A DNA stretch of 64,000 nt. It comes from Acidimicrobiaceae bacterium (GTDB lineage Bacteria; Actinomycetota; Acidimicrobiia; Acidimicrobiales; Ilumatobacteraceae). Position 1 is the first letter of the stretch. Each line of letters opens with the position of its first letter. Of this stretch, positions 1 through 13,552 are shown piece after piece. The position numbers and the translations under genes are program-made. Under the pieces are notes generated by a model. It did not search any database. It was given only the letters and a program-made list of their open reading frames with translations, and had not been told where the DNA came from. The DNA lies in contig JACJWG010000015.1 in assembly GCA_020637235.1 (NCBI GenBank), positions 2,557 to 66,556 on the forward strand, in the 5' to 3' direction.

Positions 1-202
1 TGGCTGTCGCCGCCAAAGCTCAGCGTACTCGACGGCGAACGCCTCGTGCTCGATCTGCTCCTCGAACAGGCTCGGCAGCACGATGGCCCCGGCACCGGCG
101 CCTCAGGCCGCTCCCACATCGCCGGGTCGCCAGTGACGGGACCGGGCGAGGCGACGAGCAGGCTGTGCAGCTCGAGACCGAGGTAGGTGGTGGACAGATC
201 GA

Positions 203-206
<4 letters not shown>
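1..206 (-). pseudogene. dihydroorotate dehydrogenase-like protein (usual PFOR neighbour), 5' fragment running off the window, frame broken
   Basis: The ATG at 206 overlaps the reconstructed nifJ stop (ATGA). Translation begins MIDLSTTYLGLELHSLLVASPGPVTGD. The expected continuation AGAGAIVLPSLFEEQIEHEAFAVEYAELW is in another frame, consistent with a 1-nt deletion near position 100. Confidence 0.45.
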
Positions 207-3846
<3,640 letters not shown>

Positions 3847-3862
<16 letters not shown>

Positions 3863-4080
3863 CCCGGGACTCGATCGCTGCGCCAGAACAGCTCCAGGCC
3901 GGTGAGGACGTCGCGGATCGACTCCTTGCGCTGCCAGCCGTCGGGGACCGGCAGTTCGTCGGCGGCGGCCTTGGCGGCCTCGACCGAGACGAATCGGCGT
4001 GGGGCGAGCTCGGTGCCGTCGATGGCAGGGGGTTCACCCTCGTGTGGGACGGTGTGGATGACCAGTTCGACTTCCGGCAT
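3847..4080 (-). CDS. small hypothetical protein (77 aa) upstream of and overlapping the nifJ start
   Basis: ATG start, strong G/C bias at third codon positions, 16-nt overlap with nifJ. No family recognised. Confidence 0.5.
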
Positions 4081-4157
4081 GCCCCCAGCCTGCGCCGCCG
4101 CCCCTGCGATCAGTAGGGCCGATGGTCACGGCGACCCCGTGTCCAGGTCCCATGTGG

Positions 4158-4254
4158 CTTCGTGAGCGAGATGCGCAGCCGGTGCGCATCCGGCTCACGG
4201 ACCGACGTGGTCCGTGAGCGAGATGCGCAGCCGGTGCGCATCCGGCTCACGAAG
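4158..4254. repeat. 97-nt composite palindromic element: two identical 39-nt hairpin units (4161-4199, 4213-4251) inside CTTCGTGAGC...GCTCACGAAG termini
   Basis: The unit CGTGAGCGAGATGCGCAGCCGGTGCGCATCCGGCTCACG folds as CGTGAGC/GCTCACG plus GATGCGC/GCGCATC stems. A second 97-nt copy of the same architecture is at 61018-61114. Confidence 0.85.
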
Positions 4255-4639
4255 GGGTCGATCGGTACTCGGACACCAGGGCCGGCGGGGCGGTGCACAG
4301 CCAGGCGTCCTCGATCGCCTCGGCGAGATGCCCGGGGCCCACCACGTCGAGTTGCACCAGCACGGCGGCGTAGCCGTCGAAGTGCGGGATCGTGAAGAAG
4401 CCGGGATGGCCCTCGGCGAGCACCGCCTCCTTCTCGCCGAGGTCGTCCACCCGCAACGCCACGATCGGCCCCGACGGTGGGGTGTCCGCGCCGAAGCGCT
4501 TCAGGTCGGCCTTGCTGAACGGGCGCTCCCAGGCGAAGTGGGTCCCCCCGACGAACCAGGCCCGGTTGCGGTAGCTGGTGCCTTCGGTCACCCCCGGGAA
4601 CGAGAGCGCCAGCGAGGCCACGTCGTCGACGGTGATCAT
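4247..4639 (-). CDS. MmcQ/YjbR family DNA-binding protein
   Basis: 130 aa. The pattern LALSFPGVTEGTSYRNRAWFVGG ... GFFTIPHFDGYAAVLVQLD ... IEDAW is typical of this family. The stop codon lies inside the palindromic element. Confidence 0.65.
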   Translation of the reverse strand: MITVDDVASLALSFPGVTEGTSYRNRAWFVGGTHFAWERPFSKADLKRFGADTPPSGPIVALRVDDLGEKEAVLAEGHPGFFTIPHFDGYAAVLVQLDVVGPGHLAEAIEDAWLCTAPPALVSEYRSTPS

Positions 4640-4667
4640 CGGACCACCGTAGACGCGACGTCGCTCC

Positions 4668-5921
4668 TCAGTTGCCGAAGTCCCAGCCCATGCCCTTCGC
4701 GTACTGGCCGAGCACGTTCTTCGCGATCAGGATCTTGTGCACCTCGTCGGGCCCGTCGGCGATCCGCAGCGTGCGCGCCCCCTGGTACATGCCCCACAAC
4801 GGCAGGTCGTTGCTCACCCCGGCCGCGCCCCACACCTGGATCGCCCGGTCCACCACCCGGGTGTAGGCGGCCGGCACGTGCACCTTGATCGCGCTGATGT
4901 CGGTGCGGGCGGCCTGCAGGCCCTGGTCGATCTTCTCCGCGGCGTGGATCGTGAACAGGCGGGAGGTCTGGATGTCGATGTAGCTGTCGGCGATCGCCCC
5001 CTGGGTGAACTGCTTGTCGGCGAGCACGCCGCCGTGCACCTGACGGCTCGCCGCCCGCTCCACCATCAGGTCGAACGCCCGCCACATCTGCCCCACGCAG
5101 TTCATGCAGTGGTAGATCCGGCCGGCACCGAGCCGGTCCTGTGCCGCCTGGTGTCCCTCACCCACCCGGCCGAGCGCGTTGGCCACCGGCACCCGCACGT
5201 CGTCGTACTTCACCTCGCAGTGGTCGCTCTCCTTTCGACCCCACACGCCGATACCACGCACGATGTTCACACCCTTCGTGGCGGTCGGCACGATGATCTG
5301 CACCATCGGCCCGCTCCGGCGGTCGGTGGCGTCCTGCTCGACCACGCGGCACATCACGATGAAGAAGTCGGCGTCGATGCCGTTGCTGGTGAACCACTTG
5401 TGTCCGTTGATGACGAAGTGGTCGCCGTCGATCACCGCGGTCGTGTCGAGCGATCGCGGGTCGCTCCCGGGGTTGTGCGGCTCCGTCATCGAGAACCCCG
5501 ACTCGATCACCCCGTCGATCAGCGGCAGCAGCCACTGCTGCTTCTGCTCCTCGGTGCCGTACTTCACGAGGATCGACTGGTTGCCGGAGTTGGGCGCGAC
5601 GACGCCGAACAGGCTCGCCGCACCGATCGCGTAGGCAAGTACCTCGTTCATGTACGCGTGGGCCAGGAAGTCGAGGCCCATCCCGCCGTACTCCTTCGGC
5701 AGGTGGGGCGCCCACAACCCGGCCTGCTTCACCTTCTCCTTGATGTCGGCACGCAGCTCGAGCACCTCGGTGTGGTCGTGGAAGCTGTCCCCCTCCCGAC
5801 GCTCGCGCCACAGCCGCTGCTCGTTCGGCAGGATGTGGTCGTTGACGATCTCGGCGGTGCGCATGCGGATGTCGTTGATCCGCTCGTCCAGCGTGGGCAC
5901 GGGCTTGCAGTTCATGGCCAT
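4668..5921 (-). CDS. acyl-CoA dehydrogenase family protein
   Basis: 417 aa with ACAD-like motifs (GFSMTEPHNPGSDP, INGHKWFTSNG, C-terminal ADGPDEVH). Confidence 0.9.
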   Translation of the reverse strand: MAMNCKPVPTLDERINDIRMRTAEIVNDHILPNEQRLWRERREGDSFHDHTEVLELRADIKEKVKQAGLWAPHLPKEYGGMGLDFLAHAYMNEVLAYAIGAASLFGVVAPNSGNQSILVKYGTEEQKQQWLLPLIDGVIESGFSMTEPHNPGSDPRSLDTTAVIDGDHFVINGHKWFTSNGIDADFFIVMCRVVEQDATDRRSGPMVQIIVPTATKGVNIVRGIGVWGRKESDHCEVKYDDVRVPVANALGRVGEGHQAAQDRLGAGRIYHCMNCVGQMWRAFDLMVERAASRQVHGGVLADKQFTQGAIADSYIDIQTSRLFTIHAAEKIDQGLQAARTDISAIKVHVPAAYTRVVDRAIQVWGAAGVSNDLPLWGMYQGARTLRIADGPDEVHKILIAKNVLGQYAKGMGWDFGN

Positions 5922-5968
5922 GGGCCGACGCTACGCACGACGACCCAGACGCTCCGGGTCGGAGGTGA

Positions 5969-6802
5969 TCAGGCGAAGAGTTGCGCCAGCGACGCCTCGG
6001 CAGCCGCGAGGTCGTCGCGCTGCTGGGCTTCGAGGCGGCTGAGGTAACTCACGGCGACGATCCCCTCTTCCACCATGCCGCCGTCGGTGTCGGACGGCAG
6101 CTCGATCGCGTCGCCCCACTCCATCCTCACCTGATACGCACCCTGGTGACCTTCCTTCGGCACCAGCTCGGCACTCGACATGCGCCGCGGCGGCTCGAGA
6201 CCCACACGGGCGTGACCCCAGCCCTTCACGTCGGCGAGATCGCAGTTGGGCACGTTGATGTTGACCACCGCGGCATCGGTGAGGGTGCCGGCCTCGATGT
6301 CGCGCACCATGCCGCCCACGAAGGCGCTCGCCACCTGGGCGGCGGTGTCCCAGTTCTGCCCGACGAGCATCTCGTCCCAGCCCTGACCCTCGACGCCGAA
6401 CCCGGCGACCGCCTGGCTGACCGCCACACCGGGGATGAAGCCGTTGCGCCCGCTGAGGCAGGCGCCGACGGTGCCGGAGTGGTACACCGACCGGCCGACG
6501 TTGACCCCCGGGTTGATGCCCGACACGATCAGGTCGAACTTCGGGCCGAACGCACCCAGACGGGCGAACATCACGCACAGCGCGGGCGGGCCGGACACCG
6601 ACCAGGCCTCGTCGATCCCGTCGAGCTGGTGGCGGCACACCGACGGTTGGATGAGATGCAACGCGCCGAGCGCCGCACCCGCACCCGAGTACTCCTGATC
6701 GGGAGCGATCACCACCACGTCACCGTGGGCCCGCATCGCCCGAGCGAGTACGTGCAAGCCGATCGAGTCGATGCCGTCGTCGTTGGTCAGCAAGATCCTC
6801 AT
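5969..6802 (-). CDS. surE: 5'/3'-nucleotidase SurE
   Basis: The last 277 codons of ORF 5969..8248 begin MRILLTNDDGIDSIGL and contain SGINPGVNVGRSVYHSGTVGA. A GGGAG RBS lies 4 nt upstream of the ATG at 6802; an alternative ATG is at 6811. Confidence 0.9.
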   Translation of the reverse strand: MRILLTNDDGIDSIGLHVLARAMRAHGDVVVIAPDQEYSGAGAALGALHLIQPSVCRHQLDGIDEAWSVSGPPALCVMFARLGAFGPKFDLIVSGINPGVNVGRSVYHSGTVGACLSGRNGFIPGVAVSQAVAGFGVEGQGWDEMLVGQNWDTAAQVASAFVGGMVRDIEAGTLTDAAVVNINVPNCDLADVKGWGHARVGLEPPRRMSSAELVPKEGHQGAYQVRMEWGDAIELPSDTDGGMVEEGIVAVSYLSRLEAQQRDDLAAAEASLAQLFA

Positions 6803-6904
6803 CGCTCCCATCTTGGCGCGTCGACGGCACCGGTGCGCCGACCGTGCGTGAGCAGCGGGCGAGCACGGTGTGAACGCGCCGTGAACGTTGCCACGTGACA
6901 CCAT

Positions 6905-8206
6905 GTGGTCATGCGTCCGTCGGCCGTCCTCAGCTCGCTGCCCGCCCCGGCGGCGCGCCGTCTGGCGGTGCGAGCCACGCCCGATGCGATCCGCCGCCTG
7001 AAGGCCGGTCATCCGTGGCTGTTCGAGGGCTCGATCCGCTCGGTCAGCCACGAGGGCTCCCCCGGCGACCTGGCGGTCGTGTTCGACGACGACCGCCAGT
7101 TCGTGGCCATCGGGCTGTGGGACCCCGATTCGCCGATCCGGCTGAAGGTGCTCCACCAGGGCAAGCCGGCGCCGATCGACGAGGCCTGGATGCGGGCCCG
7201 GATCGAGGCCGCCGTCGCCCGCCGTCATCCGATCGCGATGCCGCCGCCCGACACGCCGCCCACCACCGCCTACCGAGTGGTGCACGGCGAGAACGACGGG
7301 CTGCCCGGCCTGGTGGTCGACCGCTACGCGCACGTCGCCGTGGTGAAGCTCTACAGCGCCGCGTGGGTGGCCCACCTGCCGGTGGTGGTGCCGATCCTGC
7401 GCGAGGTGGTGTCGGTCAGTTCGATCGTGTTGCGGCTCGCCCGCTCGATCCCGCCCCATCACCTGCACGGCCTGGAGGAGGGCCAGTCGCTCGTCGGTCC
7501 GGAGATCTCGGCGCCGGTGTCGTTCCTCGAACACGGGCTCCGCTTCGAAGCCGACGTGGTGGCCGGGCAGAAGACCGGCCACTTCCTCGACCAGCGTGAC
7601 AACCGGATCGAGGTGGGCCGTCGGGCCCGGGGCGCACGGGTGCTCGACGTGTTCTCGTGCACCGGCGGCTTCGGCGTGCACGCCGCGGCGGGCGGCGCTC
7701 GCTCGGTGCTGAGCGTCGACGCGAACCCACAGGCGATCGCCATGGCGGAGCGGCACATGTCGCTCAACATGGACCGTCCCGACGTTGCTGCGTGCCGCCA
7801 CGAGACCGTCACCGGCGACGCGTTCGGTGCCCTCGAACGGCTCGCCGCGGCGCGCCGACGCTTCGACATCGTCGTCGTCGACCCGCCGTCGTTCGCACCC
7901 AACGCGGCCTCGGTCCCCCGCGCGCTGTCCGCCTACGAGCGACTCGCCCAGCTCTCGGCGCCGCTCGTGGAGATCGGCGGGCTGCTCGTGTCGGCGTCGT
8001 GCTCGTCGCGCGTGACGCTGCCCGACTTCGTGCGTGCGGTGCACGCTGGCGCCGCGAAGGCCGGCTTCGAGCTCGACGAAGAACGACGTACCGAGCACCC
8101 GATCGACCATCCGATCGGGTTCGCCGAGGGCGCCTACCTCAAGGCGGTGTGGTCGCGCCCGCGCAAGTCGTCCGGCGCGTTCCCGCCGTTCGATCCCCTC
8201 CGATGA
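6905..8206 (+). CDS. class I SAM-dependent rRNA methyltransferase (RlmI/RlmK-like, PUA-type N-terminus)
   Basis: 433 aa with HPWLFEGSI, GLPGLVVDRY, QKTGHFLDQRDNR, VLDVFSCTGGFG and IVVVDPPSF motifs. Start is GTG at 6905 or ATG at 6911. Confidence 0.8.
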   Translation: MVMRPSAVLSSLPAPAARRLAVRATPDAIRRLKAGHPWLFEGSIRSVSHEGSPGDLAVVFDDDRQFVAIGLWDPDSPIRLKVLHQGKPAPIDEAWMRARIEAAVARRHPIAMPPPDTPPTTAYRVVHGENDGLPGLVVDRYAHVAVVKLYSAAWVAHLPVVVPILREVVSVSSIVLRLARSIPPHHLHGLEEGQSLVGPEISAPVSFLEHGLRFEADVVAGQKTGHFLDQRDNRIEVGRRARGARVLDVFSCTGGFGVHAAAGGARSVLSVDANPQAIAMAERHMSLNMDRPDVAACRHETVTGDAFGALERLAAARRRFDIVVVDPPSFAPNAASVPRALSAYERLAQLSAPLVEIGGLLVSASCSSRVTLPDFVRAVHAGAAKAGFELDEERRTEHPIDHPIGFAEGAYLKAVWSRPRKSSGAFPPFDPLR

Positions 8207-9168
8207 TCCCGACGATCGACCTCCGCCGCGCCGACGCGCCAGCGGCACTCGGCGCCGCGTGTGCCTCCGTCGGCTTCTTCCAGATCACCGGGCACGGCGT
8301 CGACCCGGGCGTGATCGACGCCGCGTGGCGGGCGGCGCGTGCGTTCTTCGATCTGCCCGAGGCCGAACGCGACACCGTCCGGCAACGTCCCGGCGACGCC
8401 TACGGGTACGTGCCGATGGAACACGAGTCGCTCGAACGGTCGCTCCGTGACGGCGCCGCACCAGCCGATCTGAAGCAGACGTTCAACGTCGGCCCGCTCG
8501 CCCACCCGTCGGTCGACCTCGCCGATCCGGTGGCGGCATGGGCGTTCGGCCCGACCCCGTGGCCGCCTGCGCTGCCCGAGCTCGAGCCGGCGATGCGCGC
8601 CTCCTTCGCCGCCATGGACGACCTCGTCCGTCGCCTGCTCGCGATCCTCGCGGTGGCGCTCGACCAGCCCCCGACGTTCTTCGAACCGTACGTCGACCGT
8701 GCGCCCGGTGCGTTGCGCGCGCTCGACTACCCCGACCTCGGCGATCGCGCGCCCGAGCCCGGCCAGCTGCGCGCCGGGGCCCACACCGACTACGGCACGC
8801 TCACCGTGCTGCGCCAGGACGACGCCCCAGGTGGGCTCGAAGTGCTCGACCCGCGCACCGACTCCTGGGTGGCCGTACCTGCGGATCCCGACGCCTTCGT
8901 GGTGAACCTCGGCGATCTGATGCAGCGGTGGACCGGCGACCGGTGGCGCTCGACGCTGCACCGCGTGGTGGTGCCGCCAGCTCAGCCGACGGGCTCCGAT
9001 CACCGCAGCACACGCCGCCAGAGCATGGCGTTCTTCCACAACGCGAACGTCGACGCGCGTATCGAGGTGATCCCCACGTGCGTCCCCGACGGCGAGACCG
9101 CCCGCCACGAGCCGGTGATCGCCGGACCGCATCTCATGTCGAAGTTCCACCGCGCCACCTCGATCTGA
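8203..9168 (+). CDS. 2-oxoglutarate/Fe(II)-dependent oxygenase (isopenicillin-N-synthase-like)
   Basis: The ATG at 8203 overlaps the upstream stop (ATGA). Motifs: MIPTIDLRR, GFFQITGHGV, HTDYGTLTVL, W.STLHRV. Confidence 0.8.
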   Translation: MIPTIDLRRADAPAALGAACASVGFFQITGHGVDPGVIDAAWRAARAFFDLPEAERDTVRQRPGDAYGYVPMEHESLERSLRDGAAPADLKQTFNVGPLAHPSVDLADPVAAWAFGPTPWPPALPELEPAMRASFAAMDDLVRRLLAILAVALDQPPTFFEPYVDRAPGALRALDYPDLGDRAPEPGQLRAGAHTDYGTLTVLRQDDAPGGLEVLDPRTDSWVAVPADPDAFVVNLGDLMQRWTGDRWRSTLHRVVVPPAQPTGSDHRSTRRQSMAFFHNANVDARIEVIPTCVPDGETARHEPVIAGPHLMSKFHRATSI

Positions 9169-9199
9169 TCGCGCTCGCCCGGATCGCTACGGTTCGGCC

Positions 9200-11395
9200 A
9201 TGACCACCGAGTTCGAGCAGGCCGCAGCCCGAGTGGCCGCAGGCGCCGACCACCACGCCGAAGCCGCAGCGCTCGTCGCACAGATGACCCTCGACGAGCA
9301 GCTGTGGTGTCTCGACGGCGACACCGAAGCGTGGCCCGGGCTGTTCGACATGATGCAGGGCGGCTACCACCGGCACACGTTCCCCGCCGCCGTGGTCGAG
9401 CGGCTCGGCATCCCCGGCATCCACTTCAGCGACGGCCCGCGTGGGTGCGTGGTCGGGCCGAAGACGTGCTTCCCGGTGAGCATGGCGCGCGCCGCATCGT
9501 TCGACGTCGACCTCGAGCGCCGCATCGGCGAGGCGATCGGCGCCGAGCTGCGCGACGTCGGTGCCACCTACTACGGCGGGGTGTGCGTCAACCTGCTGCG
9601 CCACCCCGGCTGGGGCCGCGCCCAGGAGACCTACGGCGAGGAGCCGATGCTCGTCGGCGAGATGGGTCACGCGCTCGCCTCCGGCGCCCAGCAGCACGTG
9701 ATGGCCTGCGTGAAGCACTTCGCGCTGAACTCGATGGAGAACGCCCGCTTCCGCGTCGACGTGCGCGCCGACGAGCGGGCGCTGCACGAGGTGTACCTCC
9801 CCCACTTCCGCCGCATCGTCGACGGCGGGGTGGCGAGCGTGATGAGCGCCTACAACGCCGTCAACGGTGCGTTCTGCGGCGAGCACCACGAACTGCTCAC
9901 CGGCGTGCTGCGCGGCGAGTGGGGCTTCGACGGCTTCGTCACGAGCGACTTCATCTTCGGCCTCCGCGACCCCGTCGGGTCGGTGCGCGCCGGGCTCGAC
10001 ATCGAGATGCCATTCCGCCAACAGCGCGCCCCGGTGCTCGCCGACGCGATCGCCGACGGCCGTCTCGACCGCAGCGAGGTGGTCGCCGCCGTCGAACGGA
10101 TCGTGGCCACGCTGTTGCGCTTCCATCCGGTCACGTCGCGCCCGGCCGACCCCGGCCGTGTGCTGAGCGACGCCCACCGAGCGCTGGCCCGCGAGGCTGC
10201 ACAGCGGTCGATGGTGCTGCTGCGCAACGACGGTGTCCTCCCGCTCCCTGCTCGCGACCTACGGCGCGTGGCCGTGCTCGGCCGGCTGGCCGCGGTGCCC
10301 AACCTGGGCGACCGTGGCTCGAGCGACGTGATCGCACCGGCGGTGGTCACCCCGCTCGACGGGCTGCGCGCCGCCCTGCCCGACGTCGACGTGGTGCACG
10401 ACGCCCGCGACACGTCGATCGCCGAGAACGCCGACGTGGCGATCGTCGTGGTCGGGTACACCCACGTCGACGAGGGCGAGTACATCGACGCCGCCGGCAC
10501 CGCCGGGCTGATGGGCGATCACTTCCCACCGATGAGCGACGCCGACCGCGCGGCGATCGCCGCTGCGAGCCCAGCGCCTGCGCCGGCGCCTCCCGCGGCG
10601 CCGGCCGACGGCGACGACGAAATGGCCGAACTGCCCGACACGAGCGGCTTCGCCCCGGGCGGTGACCGGCGCAACCTGCGGCTCTCGAGCGACGACGAGG
10701 CGCTCGTGCGCGCCGTGGCCGCCACCAACCCGAACACCGTGGTGGTGGTGATGGGCGGCAGTGCGGTGGTGATGGAGGCGTGGCGCCACGACGTCGCTGC
10801 GATCGTGCTGCTCTGGTATCCGGGCATGGAGGGTGGCCACGCACTCGCCGACGTGCTGCTCGGCCACGTCGCCCCGAGCGGGCGGTTGCCGTTCAGCATC
10901 CCGAGCGACGAGGCACACCTCCCCCACTGGGACCCTGACGCCGGCACCGAGGTGTACGACCTGTGGCACGGCCACTGGAAGCTCACCCGCGACGGCCACA
11001 CCGCCGCGTACCCGTTCGGCTACGGCCTCAGCTACACGACGTTCGCGCTGCGCGAACTGGTGGTGGACGCCGACGGTCACGCGGCGGAGGTGGCAGTGGA
11101 GAACACCGGCGCGGTGGACGCCGACGCGGTGGTGCAGTTCTACGGCGGGATGCCCGAGTCGCGCCACGAGCGACCGGCCGAGCGGCTGATCGGCTTCGTC
11201 CGGGTGCACGTGCCTGCCGGCGACGTGGTGCGCGTGGAGACCCCGCTCGACCTGCGCCAACTCGACGTGCGCGACGGCACCACGTGGATCACCGAGGGTG
11301 GCACGTACCGGATCACCGCGGCGTTGCACGTCGGCGACCCACACGCCCTGCACACCGACCTCGTCCGCCACGCGGCGAGCGTGCCCGCCCGCTGA
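9200..11395 (+). CDS. glycoside hydrolase family 3 (beta-glucosidase-like)
   Basis: 731 aa with GH3 motifs (RHPGWGRAQETYGEEP, KHFALNSMEN, VMSAYNAVNG, GFVTSDF). Confidence 0.9.
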   Translation: MTTEFEQAAARVAAGADHHAEAAALVAQMTLDEQLWCLDGDTEAWPGLFDMMQGGYHRHTFPAAVVERLGIPGIHFSDGPRGCVVGPKTCFPVSMARAASFDVDLERRIGEAIGAELRDVGATYYGGVCVNLLRHPGWGRAQETYGEEPMLVGEMGHALASGAQQHVMACVKHFALNSMENARFRVDVRADERALHEVYLPHFRRIVDGGVASVMSAYNAVNGAFCGEHHELLTGVLRGEWGFDGFVTSDFIFGLRDPVGSVRAGLDIEMPFRQQRAPVLADAIADGRLDRSEVVAAVERIVATLLRFHPVTSRPADPGRVLSDAHRALAREAAQRSMVLLRNDGVLPLPARDLRRVAVLGRLAAVPNLGDRGSSDVIAPAVVTPLDGLRAALPDVDVVHDARDTSIAENADVAIVVVGYTHVDEGEYIDAAGTAGLMGDHFPPMSDADRAAIAAASPAPAPAPPAAPADGDDEMAELPDTSGFAPGGDRRNLRLSSDDEALVRAVAATNPNTVVVVMGGSAVVMEAWRHDVAAIVLLWYPGMEGGHALADVLLGHVAPSGRLPFSIPSDEAHLPHWDPDAGTEVYDLWHGHWKLTRDGHTAAYPFGYGLSYTTFALRELVVDADGHAAEVAVENTGAVDADAVVQFYGGMPESRHERPAERLIGFVRVHVPAGDVVRVETPLDLRQLDVRDGTTWITEGGTYRITAALHVGDPHALHTDLVRHAASVPAR

Positions 11396-11430
11396 CGACG
11401 CCGCTCCGGGGCGTGCCGTACGATCCGGTG

Positions 11431-12111
11431 ATGGCACTGCACCCCAACGGCGTCCACCACCTCGCGATCGCCACGCGCGACATGAAGGCGCAGATCGAGT
11501 TCTTCACCGACGTGCTCGGCGGCGAGCTGAAGGCCCTGTACTGGATGCACGGCGTCGCGAACACCTATCACGGCTTCGTCGAGCTGAGCCCCCAGTGCTA
11601 CATCGCCTTCCAGCAGCACCCCGACAACCCGGCCGACGCGCAGATCGGCGTCACCCACGCCGGCAACGCCGGCGGCACGGTCACCGCCGGCACGATGCAG
11701 CACCTCGCGCTCAACGTCGACTCGCTCGACGAGCTGTACGCGATGCGCGACCGCATCCGCAGCCGCGGCGTGCCAGTGATCGGCCCGATGAACCACGGCA
11801 TGTGCCAGAGCATGTACTTCGCCGGACCCGAGGGGCTCGCGCTCGAGATCGCCACCGGCGGCGGCATCGACGAACGTGCGTGGATCGATCCGGAGGTGCA
11901 GGCACTGTGTGGCATCGACGACGACGAGCTCGGCCGCTACACCGCACCGGCGGCGTACGAACGTCCGGCCGAGGCGGTGGCCCAGCCGGCGTACGATCCG
12001 GCGAAGCCGAACCTGGTGTACCCGGCGCCGGTGTGGCAGTCGATGCTCGCCGCGCCGGACGAGGCGATGTGGAGCGCCGTCACGTCCGAGCCGCCCGTCT
12101 CGGTGAGCTGA
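11431..12111 (+). CDS. VOC (glyoxalase/bleomycin-resistance/dioxygenase) family protein
   Basis: ATG at 11431 within ORF 10963..12111. GVHHLAIATRDMKAQIEFFTDVLG and HLALNV are typical of the VOC fold. Confidence 0.7.
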   Translation: MALHPNGVHHLAIATRDMKAQIEFFTDVLGGELKALYWMHGVANTYHGFVELSPQCYIAFQQHPDNPADAQIGVTHAGNAGGTVTAGTMQHLALNVDSLDELYAMRDRIRSRGVPVIGPMNHGMCQSMYFAGPEGLALEIATGGGIDERAWIDPEVQALCGIDDDELGRYTAPAAYERPAEAVAQPAYDPAKPNLVYPAPVWQSMLAAPDEAMWSAVTSEPPVSVS

Positions 12112-12133
12112 CGCTCCGCTACCGTCGTCGCCG

Positions 12134-13522
12134 ATGGAACCCCAGTTCGAGCACTACGACCTGATCATCGTCGGCGCCGGGAGCGGCAACTCGATCGTCA
12201 CCCCTGCCCTCGACACGTGGAAGATCGCGATGGTCGAGGAGTGGGTGTTCGGCGGTACGTGCCTCAACCGCGGCTGCATCCCGACGAAGATGTTCGTGCA
12301 CGCCGCCGACATCGTGCAGACGGTGGCGCACTCGGCGATGCTCGGCGTCGACGCCCACGTCGACCAGGTGCGCTGGCTCGACATCCGCGACCGGGTGTTC
12401 GGTCGGATCGACCCGATCGCCGAAGGTGGCGAGCGCTACCGGGTCGGCGACGAGTGCCCCAACATCACCGTGCACCAGGGCCGCGGCCGCTTCGTCGACG
12501 TGCGCAGGATGCGCGTCGACGGGCCCACCGGCACCACCTTCATCGAGGCCGACCAGATCGTCGTCGCCGCCGGCGCCCGACCGATGGTGCCCGACATCCC
12601 GGGTCTGGCCGAGGTGGGGTATCACACCAGCGACGACATCATGCGGCTCGACCACGTGCCCGAGCACCTGATCGTGCTCGGCGGCGGCTTCATCGCCTGC
12701 GAGCTCGCCCACGTGTTCGGCTCGTTCGGTGCCGACGTCACGATCGTGCAGCGCGGCCAGTACCTCCTGCGGGCCGAGGACCACGACGTGAGCCGGGCGA
12801 TCACCGAGATCTTCGCGAAACGGTTCGACCTGCGCTGCGGCACGTCGGTCGACTCGGTCGAGCGGCGGGGCGACCGGGTGCACCTCACCTTGCGCGACGG
12901 CAGTGTGCTCGAGGGCACCGACATCCTGGTCGCCACCGGACGGGTGCCCAACAGCGACGTGCTCGACGCCGTGGCCGGCGGCCTGGCGCTGCATCCCGAC
13001 GGCCGGATCGTGGCCGACGAGACCGGGGCGACGTCGGTGCCGGGCGTGTGGGCGCTGGGCGACATCAGCTCGCCGTACATGCTGAAGCACGTCGCCAACC
13101 ACGAGGCCCGCACGGTGGCGCACAACATCACCGGGCCCGACGTGTTGCGCACCAACGACTACCACGCCGTGCCGCACGCGGTGTTCACCAACCCGCAGAT
13201 CGCGAGCGTCGGGCTCACCGAGCACGAGGCCCGCGCCCAGGGGCTCGACACGATGGTGACGATCCAGCGCTACGCCGACGTCGCGTACGGCTGGGCGCTC
13301 GAGGACACCACCAGCTTCTGCAAGCTCGTCGCCGATCGTGCCACCCGCCACCTCGTGGGTGCCCACATCATCGGCCCGCACGCATCGAGCCTGATCCAGC
13401 AGCTCATCCAGGGCATCCGCTACGAGCGCTCGATCGACGACATGGCTCGCGGCCAGTACTACATCCACCCCGCCCTCGGTGAGGTGGTCGAGAACGCCCT
13501 GCTGCAGTTCCCCGGCGTCTGA
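12134..13522 (+). CDS. mtr: mycothione reductase (FAD/NAD(P) disulfide oxidoreductase)
   Basis: 462 aa. HYDLIIVGAGSGNSI plus the redox-active GGTCLNRGCIPTK and the C-terminal dimerisation region. The SGNS N-terminus is characteristic of Mtr rather than Lpd. Confidence 0.7.
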   Translation: MEPQFEHYDLIIVGAGSGNSIVTPALDTWKIAMVEEWVFGGTCLNRGCIPTKMFVHAADIVQTVAHSAMLGVDAHVDQVRWLDIRDRVFGRIDPIAEGGERYRVGDECPNITVHQGRGRFVDVRRMRVDGPTGTTFIEADQIVVAAGARPMVPDIPGLAEVGYHTSDDIMRLDHVPEHLIVLGGGFIACELAHVFGSFGADVTIVQRGQYLLRAEDHDVSRAITEIFAKRFDLRCGTSVDSVERRGDRVHLTLRDGSVLEGTDILVATGRVPNSDVLDAVAGGLALHPDGRIVADETGATSVPGVWALGDISSPYMLKHVANHEARTVAHNITGPDVLRTNDYHAVPHAVFTNPQIASVGLTEHEARAQGLDTMVTIQRYADVAYGWALEDTTSFCKLVADRATRHLVGAHIIGPHASSLIQQLIQGIRYERSIDDMARGQYYIHPALGEVVENALLQFPGV

Positions 13523-13552
13523 GCGCCGCGGTCGGCGAGTTCCTGCTGGGCG

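Noticed and set aside
5969-8248. 759-aa ORF taken at face value
   Set aside because: Only the last 277 codons (SurE) make sense. The upstream part overlaps the well-supported plus-strand methyltransferase gene and is compositional noise. The same applies to 54433..57129, where only the last 297 codons are real.
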